DNA of 40,887 nucleotides from a virus (taxonomy: Duplodnaviria; Caudoviricetes). The notes under the pieces are model-generated. The model searched no databases. It was not told the DNA's origin and saw only the letters and a list, made by a program, of their open reading frames with translations. Each line of letters opens with the position of its first letter. The first letter of the stretch is position 1. This document shows, piece by piece, positions 1 through 8,297 of this stretch. Location of the stretch: the IMG/VR virus record IMGVR_UViG_3300038312_000091, positions 1-40,887 of that record. One strand, written 5' to 3'. Both the position numbers and the translations under genes were made by a program.

Positions 1-1
1 T

Positions 2-99
2 AGTCCTCTTTTATCATACGATTGTATCATCTTCTTTATAGCCTATATAGTGTGTAACATCAATATCAGCGTTCTCAAGTATTTTTTCTGTTTCTTTAC
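2..99. repeat. Terminal overlap, copy 1 (identical to 40790-40887)
   Basis: 98 bp exact match; base 1 (T) differs from base 40789 (C). Confidence 0.97.
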
Positions 100-496
100 T
101 TATAACTTGTTCACGACCATATACTACCTTAGTTATACCAGCAGCAACTATTGCTCTTGCACAAGCTTCACACGGGTATCTTGTAATGTATATTGTGGCT
201 CCAACTAAAGACTCTGAAGAAGAACAAATGGCATCTATCTCACTGTGTATAGCTCTACAATCTTCAGGATTGCGATGAAGTTTAGAATTCTCACCATACT
301 TTTCTACTCTCATGCAGCCCCTGTACCTACATAGATTAGGTATAGCCTTATTTGCCCCTATACCAAGTATTTTATTGTCTCTCTCAATTATAGCTCCTAC
401 CTTCACCTTAGTACATCCAGAATACTCTTCTGCATAGACTCGGGCTATTTTTAGCATCTTGTCGGCTTGCTTATAGATTATTGCTGCAAACATCAT
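14..496 (-). CDS. dCMP deaminase (ComEB-like, Zn-dependent)
   Basis: SGC..VKVGA, HSEIDAI and PCEACARAI motifs. Confidence 0.92.
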   Translation of the reverse strand: MMFAAIIYKQADKMLKIARVYAEEYSGCTKVKVGAIIERDNKILGIGANKAIPNLCRYRGCMRVEKYGENSKLHRNPEDCRAIHSEIDAICSSSESLVGATIYITRYPCEACARAIVAAGITKVVYGREQVISKETEKILENADIDVTHYIGYKEDDTIV

Positions 497-1109
497 TAAT
501 TACCTCCTTAAATTTTGATTTTGATATATTCTCATCGGTGTATATACCACCAACAGCTATCATTTGTTGAAGAGGGTGTTTTGGCTTAAACCAGTCTATC
601 TCTATTCCAAACACGTCTTCAGTTAAGGCTACTACATCAATTCCAGTTCCTTCTAAAGCAGGTGCAAATCTCCTACACACCTTAGTTTTTGTGTATTGAC
701 AACCTAAACAGCCCCCTACCCTAAATACTTGACCCTCAAAATAGCAAGATATATTATTTTGTATGTTTCTTGTTATCTTGTGTGCTGCACTCATAAATAA
801 AAACCAGCTTTTTTGTCCTTGAGCTTTGGTTTTTGGAGACACTTGTAGATAGTCCTCTAAAGTCAATTTCACAGCTACTAGGTACATATTCTCTCTTTCT
901 TTCAGTTCGCTGAAGAGTTTACACTTAGGAGGGCAACACGGTCTCTGATTATACTTAGCACAAGGCTTATCGTGAATACACCAATTGTTTCGCTCATCCC
1001 TATCCAGAGTTTGGTGTTTTAACACAATATCTCTATCAACTTTTTCTATATAGATAGTAACAGGTATTTCAGTTCCCGATGATGTGATTTTATGTGTCCT
1101 TATTTTCAT
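471..1109 (-). CDS. DUF2284-like Cys-rich predicted metal-binding protein
   Basis: C-x2-Y-x4-CCPP, GGCLGC..C and P.LEG.GIDV motifs. Confidence 0.7.
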   Translation of the reverse strand: MKIRTHKITSSGTEIPVTIYIEKVDRDIVLKHQTLDRDERNNWCIHDKPCAKYNQRPCCPPKCKLFSELKERENMYLVAVKLTLEDYLQVSPKTKAQGQKSWFLFMSAAHKITRNIQNNISCYFEGQVFRVGGCLGCQYTKTKVCRRFAPALEGTGIDVVALTEDVFGIEIDWFKPKHPLQQMIAVGGIYTDENISKSKFKEVINDVCSNNL

Positions 1110-1456
1110 CTTATTTGCACCCCCAAATTGTCAAGATTGTTGTATATATCCTCTAAAGTCACATATCCCTGGTCTATACACTCAAACTTAGTGTTGGCTC
1201 TGTCTAAGAATCTTTGTAACCTTTTTGCTCCAAAGTCAAATTCATCATGTAGAGCTTCTGTGAGTACCGCTATTACTCTTGATGTGGCATATTGAAGTGT
1301 CTCTTTTCTCATTTCTGCAATCTCTTCAGCAATTTGCTCTTTTATGATAGAATCAAGTTGTTCTTGAGATAAGTTGTAAGTTCTAACTTTATCAGTCTTT
1401 TTGCGATTTTCTTGCCTTCTCTGCTGTCTATTCAACAGTACTACCCCCTCTAGCAA
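1106..1456 (-). CDS. Conserved phage hypothetical protein
   Basis: Coupled ORF with LNRQQRR N-terminus and FDFGAKRLQRF motif. Confidence 0.7.
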   Translation of the reverse strand: MLEGVVLLNRQQRRQENRKKTDKVRTYNLSQEQLDSIIKEQIAEEIAEMRKETLQYATSRVIAVLTEALHDEFDFGAKRLQRFLDRANTKFECIDQGYVTLEDIYNNLDNLGVQIR

Positions 1457-1916
1457 TTGTTCCCTCTATTACATAGACATTAGCTTTGTGTATTCCTGCC
1501 TTCAGGGCTTCTTCGTGTGAACTCATGTAAACATCCACCTTCTTTCCTTTTATATTCCCACCAGTATCTTGTGCAATTCTGTATCCCACCCCCTCAATAT
1601 AAATATATACCCCCAAGGGAATAACATTTGGGTCAACTGCTACTGTTATGCCTTCTGACACTTTCTCACCGCTGCATGTGATTCCATCTGTTTTACCACA
1701 GCACTTCTCACATGAACAATAATAAGTTATTGTGAATTCACCCAACAGCCAGTCCTCTTTTTCTTCAGGTTGAACAATTTCTGTGTCTTCTACAGCTAAA
1801 TTTGTTGTAGTTGTGTGCTCTAGCTGAGTTTTTGTAGTGGCATCTACTTTAAGCAGAGCCAGTATCAAGAATAAGAATATCCATGCTAGAACTGTTAATT
1901 TTGCTCTTGTTGACAT
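1428..1916 (-). CDS. Membrane-anchored 3D-domain (MltA-like) protein
   Basis: N-terminal TM helix; TYYC..CCGKTDGIT, VAVDPNVIPLG and AQDTGGNIKG..VDVY. Confidence 0.9.
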   Translation of the reverse strand: MSTRAKLTVLAWIFLFLILALLKVDATTKTQLEHTTTTNLAVEDTEIVQPEEKEDWLLGEFTITYYCSCEKCCGKTDGITCSGEKVSEGITVAVDPNVIPLGVYIYIEGVGYRIAQDTGGNIKGKKVDVYMSSHEEALKAGIHKANVYVIEGTIARGGSTVE

Positions 1917-1953
1917 ATTGTTTGTACCCCCCTTAAATTAATCAGGGGCAGCT

Positions 1954-3072
1954 CTAGGCTGCCGCCTGTAGTTCTTTGAGTGCGTAATAGTATTTTCCTG
2001 AGTCTTTAACATTCAGTGTTCTTATTGTGTCCTTGTCCATACCCTTCAATACTGCTATCTTTAATATATGTTTAAGGTCAAGTCCAGCTGCCTCTAGTTT
2101 AGTTACGCTGATTATCATTCTGTAGGAGAATGTAGCTCTGATGCCGTTGTTCTTACAAAATTCTCTGAGTGAGCGTGTGAAGTTTACAAGCTGTGTGTTT
2201 CCTTTAGCTAGGGAAAGTTCAATGTTTCTGTCATAATCAAACTCTATTTCTACAAATCTGTCTAGTGTGGCTGAGTCAAGTACCAATCTGCCTGTGTAGA
2301 GTTCATTTGCTCCTGAGCCTGATGTATTTCCTGCTGCTACAACTCTGAAATCTGGGTGAGCATCTAGTCTACCTGTAGGGAATTCAAAGTATTTGTTTGC
2401 TATTGCTGCGTTTAGGAGAACAAGAACTTCTGGTATACTAGCATCTAATTCATCCAGGAAGAACAACCCTCCATTTTTGAATGCTTTGTAAAATTCTGTT
2501 TCATGATATGTACCGCCTGCGTCTATGAATCCTGTTATTTTATATTCTTGTTGTATGCTATTGGTGAAGTAAAATGTCAAGTTTAAGTCTTTAGCTATCT
2601 CCTGAAGAGTGAAGTTCTTTCCTGTTCCTGCTTCTCCTACCAAGTAAACTGGGATGTCAGCTTTTATACAAGTCTTTATCACGTCATATTGATAGTGTTT
2701 TACTATGGTGTTATCAGATTTTGGTTGTTCTACTTTGGATTCTACTTTCTTTGATGTTCCAAAATCAACTTCAATCTTTGTTTTTTTAGTTCCAGCTGCT
2801 CTGCTGTTACCCTCCATGTCTTCAGATAACTTTTTCTTCTTCTCTAGTTCAAATATATTTGTAACTCTGCCTGCTTGAACTGAGTTTAGGAAGTTCTCTA
2901 TTATGTATCTGGTATTATTGAAGTAGAAGTAGCCTGAGTTGTTGTTATTTAAGTAGTATGCTCTTATGTAAGTCTTGCCCTTCTTTGTTATTTCGCAGAA
3001 AGTATTGTCTACTCTGATTATATTGTCAAATCCTCCAGTCATTGGGTTGGTTGTGATTGTTATAGTTTTCAT
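1954..3072 (-). CDS. MoxR/CbbQ-like AAA+ ATPase
   Basis: GEAGTGKN Walker A, FFLDELD Walker B, AAGNT, LDSATLDRF. Confidence 0.88.
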   Translation of the reverse strand: MKTITITTNPMTGGFDNIIRVDNTFCEITKKGKTYIRAYYLNNNNSGYFYFNNTRYIIENFLNSVQAGRVTNIFELEKKKKLSEDMEGNSRAAGTKKTKIEVDFGTSKKVESKVEQPKSDNTIVKHYQYDVIKTCIKADIPVYLVGEAGTGKNFTLQEIAKDLNLTFYFTNSIQQEYKITGFIDAGGTYHETEFYKAFKNGGLFFLDELDASIPEVLVLLNAAIANKYFEFPTGRLDAHPDFRVVAAGNTSGSGANELYTGRLVLDSATLDRFVEIEFDYDRNIELSLAKGNTQLVNFTRSLREFCKNNGIRATFSYRMIISVTKLEAAGLDLKHILKIAVLKGMDKDTIRTLNVKDSGKYYYALKELQAAA

Positions 3073-3122
3073 CTTTTTACCTCCCTGTTTTGTTTCCGTT
3101 CAATTTTATAAGCTTAATTCTT

Positions 3123-3151
3123 ATTATAAAGCTATATCTCTAAAAAGTAAA
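3123..3151 (-). promoter_or_regulatory. SigmaA-type early promoter TTTACT-17-TATAAT
   Basis: Near-consensus hexamers with 17 bp spacer and AT-rich UP region; one of four similar copies. Confidence 0.8.
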
Positions 3152-3170
3152 GACTTATTTTTAAGAAATT

Positions 3171-3189
3171 AAAAGGGGCTTAAAGCCCC
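3171..3189 (-). terminator. Intrinsic terminator
   Basis: GGGGCT-TTA-AGCCCC-TTTT overlapping the stop codon of 3180..4016. Confidence 0.65.
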
Positions 3190-4016
3190 AGTGATTTCAC
3201 GTATTCCTCCACGTCAGCTATATTACTTGGTAATAAATATTCGTTCTTATTTAATATAGTCTTTAAAGATACTTCTGAAGGGTAACCATAAAATGATGAC
3301 CATGTTGAGCTATATCCTTCTATATCCTGATTCTTCTCTACCCAGTCAAACCCTATTCTGCGGAGCATCGCTGTATGTACCAGGGGGAATGCCATCTTGC
3401 TGAGTGAGAATCTTTCATCAGGCTTCTTTATTGTAACTTTGAGCACTATGGATTCTTTAAAATCTCTGCTTTGACTCTCTGAAGCATCAGCTGTTGAAAA
3501 CACCATATTCATTTTCACTCTGTATCCCCTGCTCTCAAGAGCTTGTATTACTTGAAGAGCTTTTATGCCTTGTTCTTCTATTCTGGCTTGACCCCACATA
3601 GCACTGTAGCTCATGCTTTTGTTGAGGATTATGATTTTTTGTTTTTGTACTTGTGGTTTCCTGTCTATCATGTTTGTGGGTATACCCTGTAAGTATCTTG
3701 GTACGCTGGCTTGGTGACCTACTGTGCTGTATGCTGGTCTTGAATTCTTTACTGTAGAAGGTACTGTTGATACTGGAACTCTCTTTGTTAACTTCTCTGC
3801 TGCTGGTGTCCATCCTTTTAAGAGCAGATTACGGGCTTCTTCATATGTGCTTGTACCTGACCATTCGTTATAGTCATATTTTCTACTGCTAAGAAAGGAG
3901 TATTTGCCTTTGAAGTTCTTACCAAGAGGGGCTTTGTCTAAGTAGTTTAACAATGAGCTTATATCTTGAAATTCTTGTATTTTTATTGTGCCAGACTTGT
4001 AGTTAACTTGTTTCAT
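3180..4016 (-). CDS. VWA-like partner of the MoxR AAA ATPase
   Basis: VPRYLQGIP motif, degenerate MIDAS-like NKSMS, LESRGYRV; adjacent to the AAA gene. Confidence 0.6.
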   Translation of the reverse strand: MKQVNYKSGTIKIQEFQDISSLLNYLDKAPLGKNFKGKYSFLSSRKYDYNEWSGTSTYEEARNLLLKGWTPAAEKLTKRVPVSTVPSTVKNSRPAYSTVGHQASVPRYLQGIPTNMIDRKPQVQKQKIIILNKSMSYSAMWGQARIEEQGIKALQVIQALESRGYRVKMNMVFSTADASESQSRDFKESIVLKVTIKKPDERFSLSKMAFPLVHTAMLRRIGFDWVEKNQDIEGYSSTWSSFYGYPSEVSLKTILNKNEYLLPSNIADVEEYVKSLGL

Positions 4017-4038
4017 AATCTTACCTCCTAGATTTTAT

Positions 4039-4098
4039 GGAAGGGGCTTGTGACCTTCCTGCCGCATTACCAGCCCTTGTGGGGCTGTCACTCTGCTA
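4039..4098 (-). ncRNA. Structured RNA motif copy 1 (skipping-rope-like)
   Basis: GCAGAGTGAC-hairpin-GTAATGC-hairpin with GGTCACAA; stems covary with copies 2 and 3. Confidence 0.7.
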
Positions 4099-4329
4099 GT
4101 ATATTGTTTTACCTAAAGTCTTGATTTCGTGTAAGCACTGTTGTTGTGCTGGGCATCTCCTACAAGTTTCACACCACTTAACTATTTTGTAGCTCATATA
4201 CCTGTCTTGTAGTTCACTATTGGTGTAGATGTTACCATCTGTGCTTCTCCATGTTGTGTAGTATCTTCCCTCCACCCTGTGGCTCTGAACTATGGTACAA
4301 ACTGAGTCATAATTCCAATTATTATTCAT
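4096..4329 (-). CDS. Small early hypothetical protein (Cys cluster)
   Basis: AGGAGGT RBS; CETCRRC..C. Confidence 0.7.
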   Translation of the reverse strand: MNNNWNYDSVCTIVQSHRVEGRYYTTWRSTDGNIYTNSELQDRYMSYKIVKWCETCRRCPAQQQCLHEIKTLGKTIY

Positions 4330-4349
4330 TTATCTTACCTCCTCTATTT

Positions 4350-4404
4350 GTCGGGGTTGTGACCGACTTCCCGCATTACCTGGGGTTGCCCCCAGTCACT
4401 CTGC
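4350..4404 (-). ncRNA. Structured RNA motif copy 2 (skipping-rope-like)
   Basis: GCAGAGTGA-CTGGGG GCAA CCCCAG-GTAATGC..GTCGG TCACAACC CCGAC. Confidence 0.7.
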
Positions 4405-4638
4405 GTTTCCCAGTTCTACATTCAGCCACTCTATTGTTCCTGCTAGGGTCTTGCTTGCTGTACTTCCTGAGTGTATGTTGTATTCGTATGTTCCATTTTT
4501 GTATTCTCTTACTGTGAACAATTGACCTTCCTTTACTATTCTGTACCTAGGATGCTTTATGTTAAGCTCATCTGTTACTGTCTCTGTTGACTCATACATT
4601 GTTATTCCAAAGTTCCTTACTCTTTTGAACTCTACCAC
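4396..4638 (-). CDS. Small early hypothetical protein
   Basis: AGGAGGT RBS with GTG start, directly downstream of a strong promoter. Confidence 0.75.
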   Translation of the reverse strand: MVEFKRVRNFGITMYESTETVTDELNIKHPRYRIVKEGQLFTVREYKNGTYEYNIHSGSTASKTLAGTIEWLNVELGNAE

Positions 4639-4674
4639 TTTTGTGACCTCCTTGTAATTTCTTATCTTAATTCT

Positions 4675-4703
4675 ATTATAAAGGATAGTTCTACAAAAGT
4701 AAA
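4675..4703 (-). promoter_or_regulatory. SigmaA-type early promoter TTTACT-17-TATAAT
   Basis: Hexamers and spacing seen directly. Confidence 0.8.
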
Positions 4704-4931
4704 GAACTATTTTATAAAATTTTTGTAAATTTTCAAAATATTTTTGTGAGTTCTTGTATGAGGTTTTTACGAATTTTGGGAAAATTTATGTGTTGGGGCA
4801 GTGCGGGTTGGAGGTGATTTTTGTTTAGACAAAAGATTTTGAGTATTGTTAATAGATTTATTGTTAAAAATAAAAACAAAATTTGATGTGTTCTTGTTTG
4901 TCTAGTTGTAAAATAGGAGATGGGGAAATAG

Positions 4932-4952
4932 AAAAGAGGGCTACTTGCCCTC
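4932..4952 (-). terminator. Intrinsic terminator
   Basis: GAGGGC-AAGTA-GCCCTC-TTTT at the end of 4941..5294. Confidence 0.65.
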
Positions 4953-5279
4953 AAATTCTATTTTGTTAGCATACTTTTTATTTTTAGCATTCACCTGGGT
5001 GAGAGTCTTTTTATCGAACTTTAAAATGTCTTTAGCAGTCTGAATCTCTATTATGGTCTTAGTTTCCTTATGAATCGGGAAATACCCTATCGGCATTCCA
5101 GTAAAAGCTTTTAGCAGGACTTTGTTTTCATCTGAGTGAGTTAAGGTACATACTGGGGATAAGGGGCAGCTCATACATTTTGGTGAGGGGGTTATGTCTT
5201 TAAATACTGAAGACACCAGATTTACTTCCTTAGATACGCTAAACTCTACCTGTCCACCACATAAAGTTTTTTCTAACAT
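4941..5279 (-). CDS. Hypothetical protein with Cys cluster
   Basis: GGAGGT RBS favours ATG at 5279; CMSCPLSPVC; has its own promoter and terminator. Confidence 0.7.
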   Translation of the reverse strand: MLEKTLCGGQVEFSVSKEVNLVSSVFKDITPSPKCMSCPLSPVCTLTHSDENKVLLKAFTGMPIGYFPIHKETKTIIEIQTAKDILKFDKKTLTQVNAKNKKYANKIEFEGK

Positions 5280-5320
5280 ATTAAATACCTCCAAAAAATT
5301 TTATTTTTGTTGTTAGTATC

Positions 5321-5350
5321 ATTATAGATGAGGAGAGTTGTGAAAGTAAA
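5321..5350 (-). promoter_or_regulatory. SigmaA-type promoter TTTACT-18-TATAAT
   Basis: Same hexamers as the other copies, with an 18 bp spacer. Confidence 0.65.
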
Positions 5351-6120
5351 GAACAATTGTTCGATAAAATTCGATATATAAATAAGGAATAATAATAGAT
5401 AAAATATAAAAATAATAGATAAAAAGCCGAATTTTAGAAAAAAGAGTACATAAATAAGAAAAGTAGCTACAAGTAGGGGGGTGAATTTTATTTACAATGT
5501 TGGGTGAGATAAAAGTAAGAGAAACGGAGAAAACGAGAGATTGAACCATCATTAGACCGATATAAAAATTTGTTAAACGGCAGAATTTGCGGGAAAAGAC
5601 AACGAAAATCGCAAAAACGTGGATGTCCTAGAAAAAGGAAGTATAAAATTTTAAGGTAATCTTGTGACTAAAAATCGTCGGTGAGACAAGAGGAATTTTA
5701 AAAAATCGTCGGAAATTATGGGAGAGAGTTTAAAAAATCGGCGAAAATTACAAGGAAAAAGTAAAAAATCGTCGGGAGAAAATCGTGGTCTGTTGTTGGA
5801 AGTAGACAAGTTTTAATGTATTTTCCGACTTTTTTTAATTATTTTATTATAAAATAAAAAATAAATATATAGAGAAAGAGAGATATATTATTATATATAT
5901 TAAAGAAATACGGGGAAAAAATCGGCTTTTTCGGTAGGTGTAGCGGCAGAACCAAGTTGTTGTAAAAAGTTATTGGGAGCGAACTTGTAAAACGAAGTAA
6001 ATTTCCTTGTAAAAAAGAGACGATTTTTACGATTTTTAGGGGTATAACTTGAAATAAAAAAGTCACTGACTTGGGGTGAAAAGACGATTTTTATAAATAA
6101 AAGCCGATTTTTATATATTT
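5351..6120. other. Non-coding, purine-skewed, repeat-rich divergence region (candidate ori/pac)
   Basis: No credible ORF; many AAAATCG / CGATTTT copies; lies between the two divergent arms upstream of terS. Confidence 0.55.
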
Positions 6121-6125
6121 TATTT

Positions 6126-6161
6126 TATCTTTAAGAAGATATATTTATCTTTAAGAAGATA
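6126..6161. promoter_or_regulatory. Tandem palindromic operator-like sites TATCTT-TAAG-AAGATA x2
   Basis: Two identical 16-mers with 20 bp period abutting the -35 box. Confidence 0.6.
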
Positions 6162-6162
6162 G

Positions 6163-6191
6163 TAGATATTCAGAACTCAGCATAGTATAAT
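6163..6191 (+). promoter_or_regulatory. Late-operon promoter TAGATA-17-TATAAT
   Basis: Perfect -10 box and 4/6 -35 box upstream of terS. Confidence 0.65.
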
Positions 6192-6238
6192 AGAGTTAAG
6201 TACAAGATGAAATTGTATTTTATGGGGGGTGATATGTA

Positions 6239-6784
6239 GTGGCAAGAAAAGGAGGCAATCCAGAACTTGGAGAACTGAGAAAAGACTATTGGAGCAATAG
6301 GGTAAAGCCTAAATTGGAATTGATCGAAGGTTGGGCAAGGGCTGGATTTACAGATAAAGACATATATACAAATTTGGGTATCGGTGAAACTACTTGGTAT
6401 GACTTCTTGAACACACATCGAGAACTCAGGGATGCTGTTGATGTTGGAAGACATCACGCTGAGATAATAGCAGAGAATTCATTGTTTAAGAAGGTTACAG
6501 GGTATAGCTACAAAGAAGTATACAAGCAGAGAGTTAAAGTATATGATGAAGATGGAGAATGGACAGGTCAATATGAAATGGCTACTGTAAAAAGTGTATT
6601 GAAACACGTACCCCCTGATACAAATGCAGCGGTATATTGGTTAGAACATAGAGCACCCAACAGATGGCAGAGGAATCCACTTCCAGGAATTGATGTTGAT
6701 GAGGTTAATAACACGATCAAGAGTTTGGCTGACTTATTGTGTAGGGCAGTACCAGAACGCAAGATTGGTGATGAAGAACTATGA
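6239..6784 (+). CDS. terS: Terminase small subunit
   Basis: HTH (WARAGFTDKDI..LGI), ENSLFKK..GY, VPPDT..A..WL; position before terL. Confidence 0.8.
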   Translation: MARKGGNPELGELRKDYWSNRVKPKLELIEGWARAGFTDKDIYTNLGIGETTWYDFLNTHRELRDAVDVGRHHAEIIAENSLFKKVTGYSYKEVYKQRVKVYDEDGEWTGQYEMATVKSVLKHVPPDTNAAVYWLEHRAPNRWQRNPLPGIDVDEVNNTIKSLADLLCRAVPERKIGDEEL

Positions 6785-8109
6785 TTGAATATGCACCATT
6801 TGATGTAAAACAAGTTGGGTATTTGAAAAGAACGTTTGATTGCTGGCTTAACGTTACAGAGGGTGGTAAGAGAGCAGGCAAGAATATCCTTAATACAATA
6901 GCTTTTGCCGAGAACTTGGAGACACACCCAGACAAGATACATTTAGCAGGTGGGGTAACAAAGGCTGCAGTCAAAATGAATATAATAGATAGTAATGGAT
7001 TCGGGTTAGAACACTACTTTGCAGGCAGATGCTTCTCAGGGCAATATAACAAGATGGATTGTTTGTATATAGCAACAAAGACAGGAGACAAGGTTGTTAT
7101 AATTGCTGGGGGTAAAGACAGTGATGATTACAGATCAATCAAGGGTAACACTTATGGGAGTGTATATGTTACAGAAGCTAATGAGTGTCACCAAAGTTAC
7201 ATACAAGAAGTATTCGACAGGACATTAAGCAGTAATAGAAGAAGGTTGTTCTTTGATTTGAACCCTAAGCCACCAAGACACTGGTTCTATGCAGACATAC
7301 TTGACTACCAAGATGAACTTAAAAGAATGGGTCAGAATCCAGGATACAACTATGAACATCTAACTGTATGGAACAACTTGAGCATATCGAATGAACGATT
7401 GAGAGAAGTGCTAGCAACATATGATAAGACATCTATGTGGTATCAAGCAGATATATTAGGAAAAAGGACAGCTGGCACAGGTAGAATATATACAGGGTAC
7501 AAGTACAGTGATATAGCGATTAAGCCTAAATCAATAAGAGATTTAAAATTTTCACAGTTCTCTATTGGGGTAGATATTGGAGGTACGGATGCTACAGTAG
7601 CAACACTTACAGGATTTACAAAAGGCTTTGAGAATGTCATTCTGTGTGATGGGTATTACCACAAACAAGGTAAGGAAAGCGGAAAAACACACGATATTTA
7701 CGCCAAAGAAATAGTAGACAAAGTAGAAGGTTGGATTGAACAATACCCTCTTGTGAAGGCTGCGGCAGTCTTTGCTGAGAGTGCTGATAAATTATTCAGA
7801 CAGGCATTAGCTAATGAGCTGAAACGCAGAAAACTGTATGGGCTGAGAGTCACGCCTGCATACAAGAAAGAGGGTATTGTTGATAGAATAAGAATGCAGA
7901 ACATACTTATTAACCAAGGCAGATTTAGAATAGCATCTCATATGAAATCATGGTTCAATGCTTATGAAAATGCTACATGGGATGATGAAGAATATGAGAA
8001 GGGTAATTGGGTTAGAGTTGATGATGGGAGTTATCCTGTAGACTGTTTGGACAGTAGTGAATACTCAACTCAACCCTATAAGCCACTATTAATTAAGGAG
8101 GGGATGTGA
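6781..8109 (+). CDS. terL: Terminase large subunit (PBSX-like)
   Basis: GGKRAGKN Walker A, YVTE Walker B, DLNP, GVDIGG nuclease, DCLDSSEY. Confidence 0.92.
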   Translation: MIEYAPFDVKQVGYLKRTFDCWLNVTEGGKRAGKNILNTIAFAENLETHPDKIHLAGGVTKAAVKMNIIDSNGFGLEHYFAGRCFSGQYNKMDCLYIATKTGDKVVIIAGGKDSDDYRSIKGNTYGSVYVTEANECHQSYIQEVFDRTLSSNRRRLFFDLNPKPPRHWFYADILDYQDELKRMGQNPGYNYEHLTVWNNLSISNERLREVLATYDKTSMWYQADILGKRTAGTGRIYTGYKYSDIAIKPKSIRDLKFSQFSIGVDIGGTDATVATLTGFTKGFENVILCDGYYHKQGKESGKTHDIYAKEIVDKVEGWIEQYPLVKAAAVFAESADKLFRQALANELKRRKLYGLRVTPAYKKEGIVDRIRMQNILINQGRFRIASHMKSWFNAYENATWDDEEYEKGNWVRVDDGSYPVDCLDSSEYSTQPYKPLLIKEGM

Positions 8110-8294
8110 TTATGGAGGAATTGGATTGGAAAATAGCAGCTAAACACCTCAAAAAGATTATATCTTCTTGCAGAGATAGCAGCATAGACACCTACTTTCA
8201 AAGAAGAGAAATTAATACTTTAAGAGACAGATACAACAAGAAAGAAAGAACAAGAGACTTGTACAACGCCATAATGACTTTGCGGGAGGTATAG
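8106..8294 (+). CDS. Small hypothetical protein between terL and portal
   Basis: AGGAGG RBS; coupled to its neighbours. Confidence 0.6.
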   Translation: MIMEELDWKIAAKHLKKIISSCRDSSIDTYFQRREINTLRDRYNKKERTRDLYNAIMTLREV

Positions 8295-8297
8295 GCT

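Noticed and set aside
1-99. Terminal repeat as a biological direct terminal repeat
   Set aside because: It is about 99 bp, a typical assembler k-mer overlap, and falls inside coding sequence; best read as circular assembly. The base-1 mismatch may be an error or a variant.
1943-1969. Fourth copy of the structured RNA motif at the AAA gene stop
   Set aside because: A GC-rich hairpin is present but it lacks the GAGTG, TAATGC and GGTCACAA elements
5322-6066. ORFs 5322..5552 and 5839..6066 (also 4733..4954)
   Set aside because: Low-complexity F/I/L/Y translations of skewed non-coding DNA with no RBS
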